Shown one piece after another: positions 1-12,878 of a DNA stretch of 64,000 nt. The notes beneath the pieces are model-generated. The model was not told the origin of the DNA. It searched no databases and worked only from the letters and a program-made list of their open reading frames with translations. Both the position numbers and the translations under genes were made by a program. This DNA is from Trichoplax adhaerens (taxonomy: Eukaryota > Animalia > Placozoa), in contig NW_002060955.1 of the NCBI RefSeq assembly GCF_000150275.1, positions 1,346,287-1,410,286 of the forward strand, in the 5' to 3' direction. How positions within the stretch are numbered: position 1 is the stretch's first letter; each line of letters begins with the position of its first letter.

Positions 1-726
1 AACTGCTCACCTTGAAGAAAATATTCAGCCCTCTCGAATCAAATTACGATTTATTTCTCAGATCAGCAATAGATAGCATGCCTCGGAAATGGATAAAGTC
101 AACGTCAACTTTCTATCCAAAACCAAGATATATGTGTTTAAAGTCGTTACAGCCTGGTAATATAAGAGCAGCTTCTGTGTAGTCTTTACATCCGTTGTTA
201 TGCATAGAAATGCTTTGGAAACCTTAACTGCCTATAGGCAATTATGTAAATAAGATCTCATGAATTAATTGATTTAGTTTTGAGTATGCGTTGTAGAGGG
301 TACTGCCATCGAGATCCAATTTGAACGGTCTAGTCCTGGCTGATTTAAGAGTAGAGTAAAAGCTTCAAGGAGATGCTGATTGGAAACCATAATTTCAGGT
401 TATAGTGAAGAGATTGGCCATGTCCACTTCAAATTAAAGTAGTCCTAAAGTGTAGACTTAGCAAAGTAATAGACTCAGGAAAGCTAGTTAGTCTTTATCC
501 TATGGTGTACAAGCTATGATATCAACATTGTCTTACTTCAGTGGAGTGATAGGTTGACATTGATAGAGCTTTTGAAGTTGCTGATCAGGGATTAATTTCT
601 TAGCCAATTTTGATATCATTTTAACATTATTGAACCCCACGTTTACACGTAGATCATTAACAAGTTAAGAAAGCCTTACTGAAATTTTAAACATCGGTAA
701 AGCAAGCTGTATTGTAATACGCCAAC

Positions 727-1338
727 ATGGCGAAAACTCCCTCCGAATCAAAGATGAAGGGAAATAGCCAAAATTCAATCTTTCATCAGATTATTGATTA
801 TGATCGTCAATTTTCCAAGAAATTATGTATTTGCTCAGAAAGGGATGTTGGATTTTTCACCGGTAGCCATACTAGAAAGGTGTTACTACTGTGGGAATAT
901 TCTGGGCATGGCGTGCTCTGGCTGCTGGCTGTAACTGCTCTCCTCTATCATTCTTGGCATGATCCAATCATGAAACCATTCTATCAGAATATTATGACTG
1001 CTTGGTGGGTCGATATTTTAGTCATTATTGTCTTGAAGGCAACATTTCGCCGTAGTAGACCAGCTACCAATAGGAATGATATGTACCTAACTGGTTATGT
1101 CGATCGACATTCATTTCCTTCTGGTCATGCTACAAGAGCATCGCTTATGGCTTGTATATTCCTTCAATATTCGTTTATTACTGTCATGAACAAGGTGATG
1201 ATTGTTTTATGGGCACTTTTACTCTCTGTTTCACGTATACTATCAGGAAGACATCATATTAGTGATGTGATCTGTGGAATAATTATTGGAATTTTACAAT
1301 TTTATTTTATAAAAGCTTACGTGTGGTTTATTTCATGA
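727..1338 (+). CDS. PLPP6: PAP2-family integral membrane lipid phosphate phosphatase, PLPP6/PPAPDC2-like (single exon)
   Basis: 203-aa ORF with all three PAP2 motifs: C1 KATFRRSRP, C2 SFPSGH and C3 SRILSGRHHISDV, plus hydrophobic TM segments. The subfamily call rests on recalled similarity of the EYSGHGVLWL and D-x-x-SFPSGH contexts. Confidence 0.85.
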   Translation: MAKTPSESKMKGNSQNSIFHQIIDYDRQFSKKLCICSERDVGFFTGSHTRKVLLLWEYSGHGVLWLLAVTALLYHSWHDPIMKPFYQNIMTAWWVDILVIIVLKATFRRSRPATNRNDMYLTGYVDRHSFPSGHATRASLMACIFLQYSFITVMNKVMIVLWALLLSVSRILSGRHHISDVICGIIIGILQFYFIKAYVWFIS

Positions 1339-3182
1339 TCGATAAGAGATAGAGTTTAATTTCCTTTCTGTAACCTATCCTTGAACGCTTTTTACATGGA
1401 ATGGCACGATGAAATTCATGTTCAGGAATCATCCATCAAGCTAACTGGTAAAATTGATCAAGTAGTCGCGGTCCCATGTAGAGGCTGTATAATCTCTTAC
1501 TAGCTAAGAGATGGGAGTTATTAAAATTCCTTGTCTATTAAAGTGTAGCTAATTACTCAAATTGTACTTAAAAGTAAATTAGACATAGGTTTTAAGACAA
1601 TCTAACGCTATAAACTACTAAATATTAAAGAAATCAATACTTTAGGTATATAAATTTATATGAAGCTCAGTAACAAGAATTTGTGTCGTTCCATTTAGCT
1701 ATCTTACTTACAATAGTAAATGTTAAACCAGGTAAAAAGAGACAAAGTTAATAAATAAAACGAGCAATTATTGCGTTCTTATGCACAAGAAATTATTTTA
1801 TATTTCAAGAAATCAGTAAGATACAGAACAACACAATAAACCATTTTACTGCCATCCTTTTTGCAGTAAGTTGCTCAGTAAATGCCGTTAAGCTTTCTAA
1901 TCGTTATATAAATCTCGTGGAAAAGTAGTTATAAGCTAATAAACGTTATGTAGGATTTTAAAACTAAATGGCCACGTTTAAATAGCATAAAGGCATCTGG
2001 AAAAATTTCATTATTGGCTGAAAATAAATAAATTCTGTGAAATTATATCGAAATTACGCTACCCTACTTTAATTTTTTTCTGGGCTAGCAATAATAAAAT
2101 TAAGTTCAGAGCAGAATATCTTTCACCAGGAGAATTATAATGAATAAACCTGTTCGGCTAAAATAATGAAAATAGAAAAAACTATTTATTACTTAGATGA
2201 ATAACTCGATAAATTTGTCCTTAGTGATACTTACCTGGTGATGATTGCTTGACAATAAACTTTACTAAAAATAAAACAATAATTTATCCTGTTCAAACAC
2301 AAAGTTACTACGACAACATCAATATAATTTTTATTTTTTGAAATTGCTATCAAAATAGCTACAATATCATAGTGATAAAAGTATTTAACTTAAAATTATG
2401 ATGATGATTTCACAAGGGACTATTATCACTGATTGTCTCATAAAGACTTACTCTAGCTAATTGTTACCTTATTTTCGTCAGATAATATGCTTTGATATTT
2501 GTTGAAATACCGTTACCTATGATGTTATACGTGTTACTGTTCAGTATTTAGAATCGTAATGTAGGTAGATATCAGGGAGGACAAACCTGAAAGTGAGCTC
2601 ATGGTGTTAATATTCTGTAATAGTAATATTTTTTTTCGTTACAAATTTTGAATTGTAACATCCATACGTAGAATAATTTGAATACATTGAATAAACTACC
2701 TTTAAAATTTTTCAGGCATTACAGTAGGAGGTACTATGATGATATATTTACTCTATCACATTCATACCGTATGTCATTAATCTTTATTATTTTGTAATAG
2801 TATCATTTCTATTTTAAGATTTCATTAAAATCAGTCTCCATTAGCGATAATTTCTGTAGGGCTTACTAACACCTCTATACTACCTTCCACATCATTAAAT
2901 AGATATTGATTGCAACTGTTATTTTTTCAGTTTACGCGAATTATAATATATTTTGTAGCAAAGATCTTTGGTTTTAGCTTGAAAGCGCTTATCATAACGT
3001 CGATTAATTCATCATCGCGTTTTCGAAAATTGTATTCTCTAATTCATGCTTATTACAGTGCCTCTATATCAGAAGGAGTAATTGATGTTAAGTGTTTTAG
3101 CCGTCTCTTATGTAATAAACTTAGCTATAGTAAACTAGTACTGCCCAGTAAGGTAAGTCTGGAATAACTTTTTAATTTTAAC

Positions 3183-3303
3183 AGGATGTTGTATCGCAGT
3201 GTAGATATCTTACAGCACCTCCTAATCTTAACTTGGTATGTCCATCAATGTACATTAGTTATCATAATGTGCTTTGTATCATTAACTAATCTTAATATAG
3301 CAT
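3183..3303. repeat. ~120-bp dispersed repeat, copy 1 (copy 2 at ~10014-10133)
   Basis: gatatcttacagcacctcctaatcttaacttggtatgtccatca...cattagttatcataatg...attaactaatcttaatatagcat is shared almost identically with 10014-10133. Confidence 0.9.
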
Positions 3304-6300
3304 TTCATAGCATTTCATCCGTGAATGCATTATCGAAAAGTAGTATTCTAGAAGCATAGCTGTGAATATAGTAGTGCCTGGCTATTACCGGGATATATTT
3401 TATATAATGTCGAATGGCAACGGTAATACTATCTGTTAATTATTAATAAATGGGTGCATTATCGTAAACCGTCTGCAAAGTGACGTGAGTTTGTACTAGT
3501 TATTATAAAATACGAAAGTGTGTGATACTTTCCTGTTGTAACGTATTTCTTAAATCAAATGATTTCTGTTCCGCATAATTGATATATTTTAGCCCTTTTA
3601 AATGTGCGATCAATCTTTTATACCATATCTTACTTTGATATTGAATAATTGAGCTATTTTTAAGAAATTTAAACTTTAAGAGGAGCTTTTTAGGCTATTT
3701 GAGACGGATCCTACAGTATTTTCTATTCTATATTTGTAGCCATGTTACAACCACTCTTGTAAGACAGCTACTACCTCCAACAGCGGTAAAGCACTGACAC
3801 TTGTCTTTTCTAGGATCAATTCTAGAACTCTCTTTACTATAAAAAGTAACCTATTTTTATATTTTCTAACTAGATCTGCTAGCTGCTACAGAGTGCTTAA
3901 AGAAATCTGAACACTAATAAACTTTGTCAGCTGTACCGTATGTTTTTAGATCTAAGTTAGTGTAACTTTAAACTCTACTTTAGTATACGTTAAGCATCCA
4001 TATAACAGGAGATTAATCAACCATGATCAGAACACGATCTGACTTTCGAGCATTCCTATAAATTAAGTATCTGCCTAATTCACTTTCCTTTACCGGAAAT
4101 GCATTAAATATTTACTAGCAATCTATATACATAACATTATTCTACTTGTTGCACTACGAGTACTGTGTTAAGCGATTTTTTGATTACTTTTACAATTTAG
4201 GAACATAACTTTATATATAAGTTAAAAAGCTAACGATTTTTTCGTTGCCTTATCATAATTGAGTAGAAACTGATAGTTATCGCACAAATCAAATACTTAT
4301 CACCGTTAATTGCTATTAACTTCAGGATATCATCAGACAGAACAAAAAATTCGAGATGCCTATCCCAGTAGTAGTAATAAATATCTATGTTTATCTTAAT
4401 ATTGTGGTGCACAATAGAAACCGAACCAGTTTTTAGTAAATCAAGATAAAACGATTGATTGTAAGAATGCAACTGTCTATTATAATATAGTCGTGATAAT
4501 AATTATAAATTAACAACGATATATTTTCACGCATTTCTAGTAAATACAATGGGTAATATAGAAATTTTAAATTGCTATTTCGAAAAAAATTCATTTAACT
4601 GTAAACTGTGAAATAAACGTATGTTAGAAAAAGATAATTGTAATACTGTAACCTGCAATCATAATTCAGTATTGAGCAAATGGAAAAAACTCCCAATTAT
4701 TTTCTTACCAAAACATAAATATTCAATGAAAATGATGAGAATTCGTCGTTGTCACTTTGAGTTTTAATTATCAGTTTAGAGTCTTAATTCATATAACAGT
4801 CATTCATAAAAATCTGCTAGAAGCCTTTTTCTTCATCGAAGCGAATATCTTACTCTTATGTAACAAGTTATTGTCAATGATCGTACGGTGAAGGAAGTTT
4901 ATAATTAAAGCGATGCAAATTTTGCTATAGCTATGGTCTACTAACATATTTTTTAGTCTATGCCTTAGCTAAGAATAAATGAGGGTATTTAAAATTAGAT
5001 ATTAACAATCGTGAGATTGAATTTAATTAACCTTCATATGGCATCTATTGTTCCAGATTTGAATATCTAGCTATTCACATTTTTAAATGCGTCGGCGAAA
5101 TGTAGAATTTATTTTATCATATTGCTAGCGAAAAATCACAACACTTTAAGCAGTTCCAGCAGAAGCACAACATATGCTCCAAATGAGATTCAAGTTTTAG
5201 AGTTATTAAAGTACGAAGCAGCATATTTGATATGTTTCTATAAAACAAAACACAAACATTTCCGATAATATTCTGGGTTAATTTAAATTTTATGATGCAA
5301 TTAGTGTAGTAAATTAGTTATGAGCGCAATAATGCAGAATTTCAAAAAATATATTAGCTACCTATGAATGAAACAAGCTAAATACATATATGATTCAAAA
5401 ATAGAAGTCAGCAGATGCAGTTTCCGTAGCGTCAGATATATTATGTCGGCGGCAAAATTTATTTTTATCGGTGACTCTCAATAGCAAATTCTTTATATTT
5501 CATTCTCTATAAATAGAAAATATTTTAATTATTTACGAACTTCCATAACCAACAATCTGCAGACTGAAACTTATTATTGCGGTTTGAGCATGGCAAGCTA
5601 ACAATCTGTTTTAGGTATTTATTTATAAATTCATTTACAATAAAACAATTAATAATAAAAGCCGCAGTGATACTAACGAACTGAAAGTATTTTTATTGTA
5701 AACTTACATTTTGTTTAGAAATAATTCGAGATTTCCTTTATTCTTTACACTTAGCTAACGGTTATAGGTTACAACCTTAGAATTTGAGATAGTGCGAGTT
5801 CGTTTCTAGTAATATAACTGCATACTAGCTATTTCTATTCAGAAATATGATGATATTGTTGCAGTAATTAATTACCTATGAACTCTTTACATTTATTAGA
5901 TACGTGTAGAAGTTGATATGGAATGTATAATTAAATTATACTTAGTTATTATTAATTGTTAGTACCCAGCTTGGCAACGATTAAAAGTTTCTTATAATTT
6001 AGATACAAAGTCAAAAGCCACCGCTATGACTATTATTCCCTAAATACAGCTGCACTATATTTCGTGAAAAAATTCTAGTTCCGTAGAAAAATCTTTCACA
6101 AGAATAAATTACGTTTGCTATCAGCATTCCTAATTAAAAAGAGTTCATAAAACTTGTTAGCATACAAGCAGATTCTCTCCTACACTATTCTACTTTTCTG
6201 TTTTTCTTGTCTAAAACAGTACTTCGAGATCCTAGTGTTGAACGAGTATCGTAGCTCTATCTACTTAACAATATTATGGCATCACTACCGTAACATACTT

Positions 6301-7430
6301 TCGAACGCATCATATCAATCATTGCTAGTCAACCAATATCAAGATCAAATTCAGCTTTGTTGTGAAAGCTATCCTTGAATATTTAACAAGCTGATATTTC
6401 CAATATCTAATCGATACTAAGAACTCTTCTTTGAGCAAATTCTGTTACTGTTGACGATATGACTATGTATTTGATAAAAATTATCACCAGATTCAACAAA
6501 AATCGCAATTTAAATTAAATTAATATGCAAATAAATTTGAAGCAAACTTTTATTCTCTCGTTGAAATACTATTGTAGACATGAATGCATTATTCTTATTA
6601 CTATCCTTAAATGCCGTTTAGTGTAACAAAATTTAAGTTTTAAGTATATCAAATAATTCGATATTGGAGTTTAGTTATTACCTGCTCAAATGATCTTATC
6701 GGTTCGGTAACAATCTGAGATGCCTTAAACATATTCAATTAAACTGACTTGATCGTGGTAATGCGAAAAACTTTGAGATTGTTTAGATTCAAGATAAATG
6801 CTAGTGAACCGCTTCATTATTATGATTACATGTCGTTGGTGCTAATGTACTCAATTGTTACTTTCCGGCCTGAGCCGCGAATGCAACCATATTTGCTTTC
6901 AAGTTAATGATATTACAGACAATAAGCTAATTAAAAAGCCTTGTAGAAATATTACATACCTGATTGATTATGTAATTGTGTAAAATAGTCCTACATAAAC
7001 AACTACGTACATTCACATCGTCCATAAATAAACTAGATATTATACAGTAAGATGTACATTACTGGCGGCGTCAAACCAATATTTAAAGTGGGCATTAATA
7101 ATATTTGTGCAAGCAAAGAGATGAAGTAATTCTCTAGTAATTTATTCCAGAATCGAGAGCTCAAGCTCTAAATTTAATATCTTTATTTTTGGTCTGCTCT
7201 TCATATATAATATATTATCAAAGCAATAAAAGATTGAAGTTAAAAAGTTTAAATAGCAAAACTGTAGACAATAGAAGCTCTTTGTTTCCAATCGAAGTTG
7301 CTTGCATTTTAGATTGAAATTAAATAATATTGTGTTATGATTTAAACAATCTTCACTTAGTGATTTTTGGTTGTATGATTTACAAATAGGATTGTGTTTT
7401 ACATTCTGTTGGCGCCGCAAGAATTGAGTC

Positions 7431-8447
7431 ATGAATATCTCCGGCAACATTTCTAATCAAGAAAAAAAATATTACAGTGTTATTAGCGTCTATGCTTCTG
7501 CTGCATCTATTCCTGTTTTATTTATAGGATTTATTGTTAATGTCTTCGTACTTTATGTCATCATTAATGATAATTTTTTTTATAAAACTCCATATTATTT
7601 AATTCGTATTTCTCTCGTTTCGAATATCATAGCTACGTTGATAGGTACTACATCATTTTCCATCGCCGCTATGGCGCATATTGACTATACCCTAGGATCG
7701 TATATGTGCCGAATATTTTTCTATATTATCCAATCTTCTTACACTCTTTCCATATTTACTTTATGCATAATCAGTATTGATCGATATTTTGTGATTGTTA
7801 AACCATTTTTAAGGTTCTATTCGAAACATAGGCGAAACCTATTAATATCAATGGTAACATTTGCCTTAATACTTTCTATCATTTTTAATATTCCAGCAAT
7901 ATTTTACGTTGACGTCTATCCAGATGAAACGGTCGTATGCGATATGATCCATATCAACTCTTTCACGATAGCATCCCTCATCGTCAATATTATCATAATT
8001 TACTTTATACCTACTGGTATTTTATTATTTATGTATGGCAGCATATTCAAGCATCAATATAACTATGTTAGACCTGGAAATATTTCTATCCACACTAGAA
8101 TTAATTTGCACATGAAAAAAAAAAAATTTAATCAAGTTTTGATTGCCACTGCTGCATCTTATTTATTGATAACATGGCCATACTTTGCAACTGGAATAGC
8201 TATAGCCATAACAAAAAAATCACTACGACAGATGGGAGATGAAAATATGGTATATTATGTGCTTGCATTTGTGTCATATTCCACAACGGTTGGTATTTCC
8301 GTGATAAATCCATTTTTATATCTGAAATTTGATTATAATATTAAAAAGAAATCTCGGTATTACCTACAAAAGTGTATCACACGAAAGACCGCTACCGAAT
8401 ATCGCCGACGATCCATTCTAGTATCCGCAACGATGTACAATTATTAA
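7431..8447 (+). CDS. Rhodopsin-family (class A) GPCR, intronless
   Basis: 338 aa with seven hydrophobic segments, an N-terminal N-glycosylation sequon (NIS), TM3 Cys followed by SIDRY, TM6 TWP and TM7 NPFLY. Confidence 0.95.
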   Translation: MNISGNISNQEKKYYSVISVYASAASIPVLFIGFIVNVFVLYVIINDNFFYKTPYYLIRISLVSNIIATLIGTTSFSIAAMAHIDYTLGSYMCRIFFYIIQSSYTLSIFTLCIISIDRYFVIVKPFLRFYSKHRRNLLISMVTFALILSIIFNIPAIFYVDVYPDETVVCDMIHINSFTIASLIVNIIIIYFIPTGILLFMYGSIFKHQYNYVRPGNISIHTRINLHMKKKKFNQVLIATAASYLLITWPYFATGIAIAITKKSLRQMGDENMVYYVLAFVSYSTTVGISVINPFLYLKFDYNIKKKSRYYLQKCITRKTATEYRRRSILVSATMYNY

Positions 8448-10013
8448 TACTAGATTAGATTTCTAGCTCAATATAAAATTAATGGCTAAATATGAAGTAA
8501 TAACTAGAGAAAGAAGTGTGCGTGTTCAGTAGTATAGTGTACTTTAGTTAATTATATGCTTTTCTGGTATACTACCATAATGCTAAGATTGTTTACGATT
8601 GTTATAGTAACCCTATTACGCACTAAAAAGTGAGTATGAATGTGATTATACTCGCATTACTAATCGGATGGTATGCCAGAAGGATATACGAGTAGTACTA
8701 TAATAAGAATTGTAGCGATCCCGATTGCATGTAGGATTACGACCTGTAGTACACTACTGTATATAATATCATGTAACTTTAGGTTTAGTAGTTAGTTGAT
8801 CTGTAGACGAGTGACAGTCATGCTAAAGCGTAAGAGCGTAAGTTGCAAGTTGAGACACTTTAGAATAAGTTGGAAGGTCAAAAGTATTGGAATCGAGAAT
8901 CGGTAACTTTACATAAAAGTAAATTGTATTAATAGAATCATATATGTGGGTCTCGTAGTAGTATAGCCGGAGCCCTGTAGGAATTTTCCTAGTAGTTTGG
9001 ATACTGGGATACAGTATTATAAAAAGTAGCAAAGATATTGCCTACTGTAACTGTAATATACTATAGAAGATTGCTACAACTGGTACATCTACTCATGGAT
9101 CACTAGAAATATACCTGGTATTCTAGTAGTTCATGACCTACTAAAGGTTAAAACATTGTCTTTTTATATAGTTTTTGTATTGTCACATAGATTAATAATT
9201 GTAATTTATCGATAATACGCGTAATTTAATTTAGACGACATAATTGAGATAAAAATTGAATTTTGGTGCAGCAATCTAAATTTCTTAGAAAAATTAAACA
9301 TTAGCGAAAAAAATGACTTAACTGTCTTCAATTAATATCTGATTGAAATTATTTCGCAATAATTATTGAACGTGACCTTCCATCACAACGCTCTCTTGGC
9401 GACAAATGAAACGTTTATTAACAAAGTAAAGAATCTCTCGTGCAACTATAATAGCTCGAGTTACTTCTCCCAGTATCTCCAGTTTCTATGTTAGTGATAT
9501 ACGCCAACTTGATTTCCCAACTGAACTCCGCAGATAACTGAATATATTAGACTATTCTTCACTATAAGAGTCTTGCACCATGCTTGAGCAACTACTATCC
9601 GCACCGGCCCTCCCTTGAAACGAGCAGGGCGGGGGTATTTATACTACTGTTAGATGACTCTGAATATGGGTTGATTTCATAGGTCAGTATAAGATTCTTA
9701 CAGTACTTTTTACCTCAAGATTTCTTCATGTAAAACGAATAGCTCTAAGGTAGTCATTTCTACAGAGTACTGATTTTTGAAATAGTATTCGTTATATCGC
9801 TAAGGGTGGCCACTGGGCCTTTCAATTTTGATTTCATGTAATATTCTGATAAAAATTGAATAAACATACAATCTTTATAAAGTTTTCTACACAGCCATTT
9901 TGATAGTTCCATTTTCTTATAACGGTTATTATCGACAGAGCAAGCTTTGCTTACATATGCAAGCGATCCTTAGACACATTATCATGATTGGCATAGAATT
10001 GACCACAGTACTA

Positions 10014-10133
10014 AGGACATTGCACCGCACTGTCGATATCTTACAGTACCTGCTAATCTTAACTTGGTATGTCCATCACCGTACATTAGTTATCATAATG
10101 CGCTTTGGATTATTAACTAATCTTAATATAGCA
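10014..10133. repeat. ~120-bp dispersed repeat, copy 2 (copy 1 at ~3183-3303)
   Basis: Direct sequence match to 3183-3303. Confidence 0.9.
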
Positions 10134-11409
10134 TAATACATTACTAGTACCGGGATATATATGATATCGAATGAGAATATCATTGCGACAGTCGGCAATC
10201 AGGAATAATAGCCATGGCAAAGGAATAAGCAAATCTTACCGTTATGCTCTGGTTGTATGCCTTCCACGATAAAAGTAAAATGAATTTAAATCTTCAATCA
10301 AGCATGTCATCGAATGAAAATAAAAAGGTTTTGACAGACGATGACTTTTGAAATGATTGGCAATGGTAGAGCAAGACAATGAGGCATAGTAAATTTCAGC
10401 GTAATGAGATTTTCTTGGGCTTGTAAAACTGGTAGAAATAGATCAGCAAGCATAGGCCTCAATTCAAGCTAATTCTTGCTCTTACCTTTATACTTCAAAT
10501 GAATATCTTTGAATGAGCAAACAAACACCTTGTCTACGAAAATAAATCCTATTCGCTGGATTTTGTTCTATCAGGTAATGCAACCAGATGGAACAAGTAA
10601 ATCTTTACCATCATGCTTCAACTTTACATAATTAAGTAAAATGAATACAGCCATAACATAAATTTTCTTCAAGAATAAAAGTAATCCCTGAAGAAGCAGT
10701 GGCTACCGAAAATTACTGGCCAAGCGTATAGTAAAATGAATTTACAACAAGGACTTTATTCTAGCCATTATGGATACTGTTAATGCTGAATTGCTTTGCA
10801 GGTAGCAAGACACGACTAAGGGAATCAATCTATACTAAATATGTTATTTGTATAATGTTAAATATATATGAATTAGGAAACTGTTGAAAGGAATTACTGT
10901 TAATACAATAAAGTATAAAGTAAAATAAATGTGTTTGACGTAAAATTGAATCTGGATATTACGTAGAATAGGGCTCAATAATTAATTAATTCTATGAGAG
11001 GATAGCCTATGTGCCCGATTTCATGTAGCAATAAGAACAAGAATATATTGACCATCTGATAGCCATTAAAATAACTGACAAAATCTTTTCCAAGCATTAC
11101 GGTACTGCATGATTAGTTACCTTTTGGAAGCTGATATTTAATCCACGGTATATCTTCTCGATTGGTTTCAAACCAAGCTAATGATATGCCCTATTTCAAT
11201 GATGAGCTTGAACTATTCCATCCAGTGGCAGTATCTAGCATAGGTACAACAAAACGAATCGATCTTTACCGTTATGGAGATATCTTCCAATCCAATAGTT
11301 AATTAATGATTACTGACTTCAAAGCTCTTAATATACGACAGTATTCACGACTATATACCATTTTCTATTTTTTCAAACCCAGCTTATGTCGTTATTATTT
11401 CGTAGATTA

Positions 11410-12500
11410 CCACTTCGAGTAAATTCACGAATTCTCTTGTAATCTGATTATTACTTACTATATCATTCCCTAGCCATAGCTAGTCAGTAACACAGAATTG
11501 AGAGTATATATTTTTTTTCCACAACTCTGCTACTAAAATCGTATCATCCACAGCATCACCGATCGACCTGCTTTTTATGCTAGTCCATTGCGTATTCTTC
11601 TATTCCTATTGGCAGGTGACCAAGGAAATCTGACAAGTTTAGGGATAAATTATACACCATGGTACTGAATTCGGCAACATGGAGTATCATACTCCATGTT
11701 GATGATTTTTATACCATAGTATTAGCAGAGTCTGAACATTATTTAAAGAATAATGTTTATTTGCTCATTCCTATCACTGTACAAGTTTATTCAAAAAGTT
11801 ACCGTAATTGCTATATTTCGTTAGTCCTTCAATTCAATCTATCCTTGATAATTGATTTATAAATGATACGTCGTTTCCTGTAGATCGTTAGTCAAAAGGA
11901 TAAAACTGACTACGTGCATCTTCTTCTCCCCAACTTTGCTAGCGTCATAAACCGACCAACTTTATGGTCGTTTAGTAATGTAGGATGCGAGTACAATTGA
12001 CTGTGCGTATTCATTTTTTCTCTTAACTCTACTTATGAAACCATGTCTTACATACTGTCGTAGTTCGACTTAATAATATTGGTCCATTGCCTATGTAATT
12101 ATGGATTTTTCTATTTCGGATGACGGCTCATAGATGAGATTTTGCAAATTTCAGGGAAAAAAATGAATAGAGTCTGCTCATTATTAGAGCAATATTATTT
12201 GTCATTCATTCAGAATTGCTCTACAAGTCAAGATGTTAACAGCTATATTTAGTTGGTCCATGAATTCAATCTATTCTTGATGATTTGCTCTATCATTACC
12301 TAGTTATAGCTAGTCAGCAGAATAGAATTATTCATTGTGCACATCCGTTTCCCCAACTTTGTTAATAAAACCATATCTTACATAAATCGTAGATAAACCT
12401 ACTGTATCCTCGTATATTATATATGGACTCTACTGTATTCAATTGCTGACAGTTCACAAATGAAATTTTTCAAGTTTACCAACAAATTTACGGAGCCTGA
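11410..12500. repeat. Diverged ~250-bp direct duplication (~11410-11660 and ~12250-12500)
   Basis: Colinear shared blocks: tatcatt(c/a)cctag..atagctagtcag, caact(c/t)tg.ta.taaaa and gaaat..t..caagttta. Confidence 0.65.
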
Positions 12501-12878
12501 ATGAATGGATGTTATTAGAGAAGAACGTTTATTCAATCATTCGCAACGGTTCTACAAGTAAAGCGTTAAATTTAGCTGGTCATCCAAGGATGATTAACCA
12601 TGTATTAATATTTTATAATTTCACATAATGCTTTTATCAAACAACATCGATACTGCACTGTTCAATCTACTCAAGAAATACTTGAATGATGATAATCAAG
12701 ACTTGAAAGACGACTCTTGTTGCATTGAATACGAGAAATCTTTCACAACAAACAAAAAGTATCTTTAGGCAATAGAAAAACTATTTCATTACTGTATCAT
12801 GTCTCGGTTAAATTTTTATTTTAATCCTTTGCTGATATGATTCTCATAAAGATTAGAGCCAATTGTAGGGAGATATAT

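Noticed and set aside
2600-2950. Possible GPCR pseudogene (SLNRY resembles DRY)
   Set aside because: No flanking TM-like frames; the resemblance is a few residues only.
7142-7450. 102-aa minus-strand ORF and other short ORFs antisense to or overlapping real exons
   Set aside because: No motifs; expected by chance or as shadows of coding frames.
9601-9650. GC-rich hairpin resembling a Helitron 3' end
   Set aside because: The stem is short, is followed by CTAC rather than CTRR, and no 5' end or second copy is visible.
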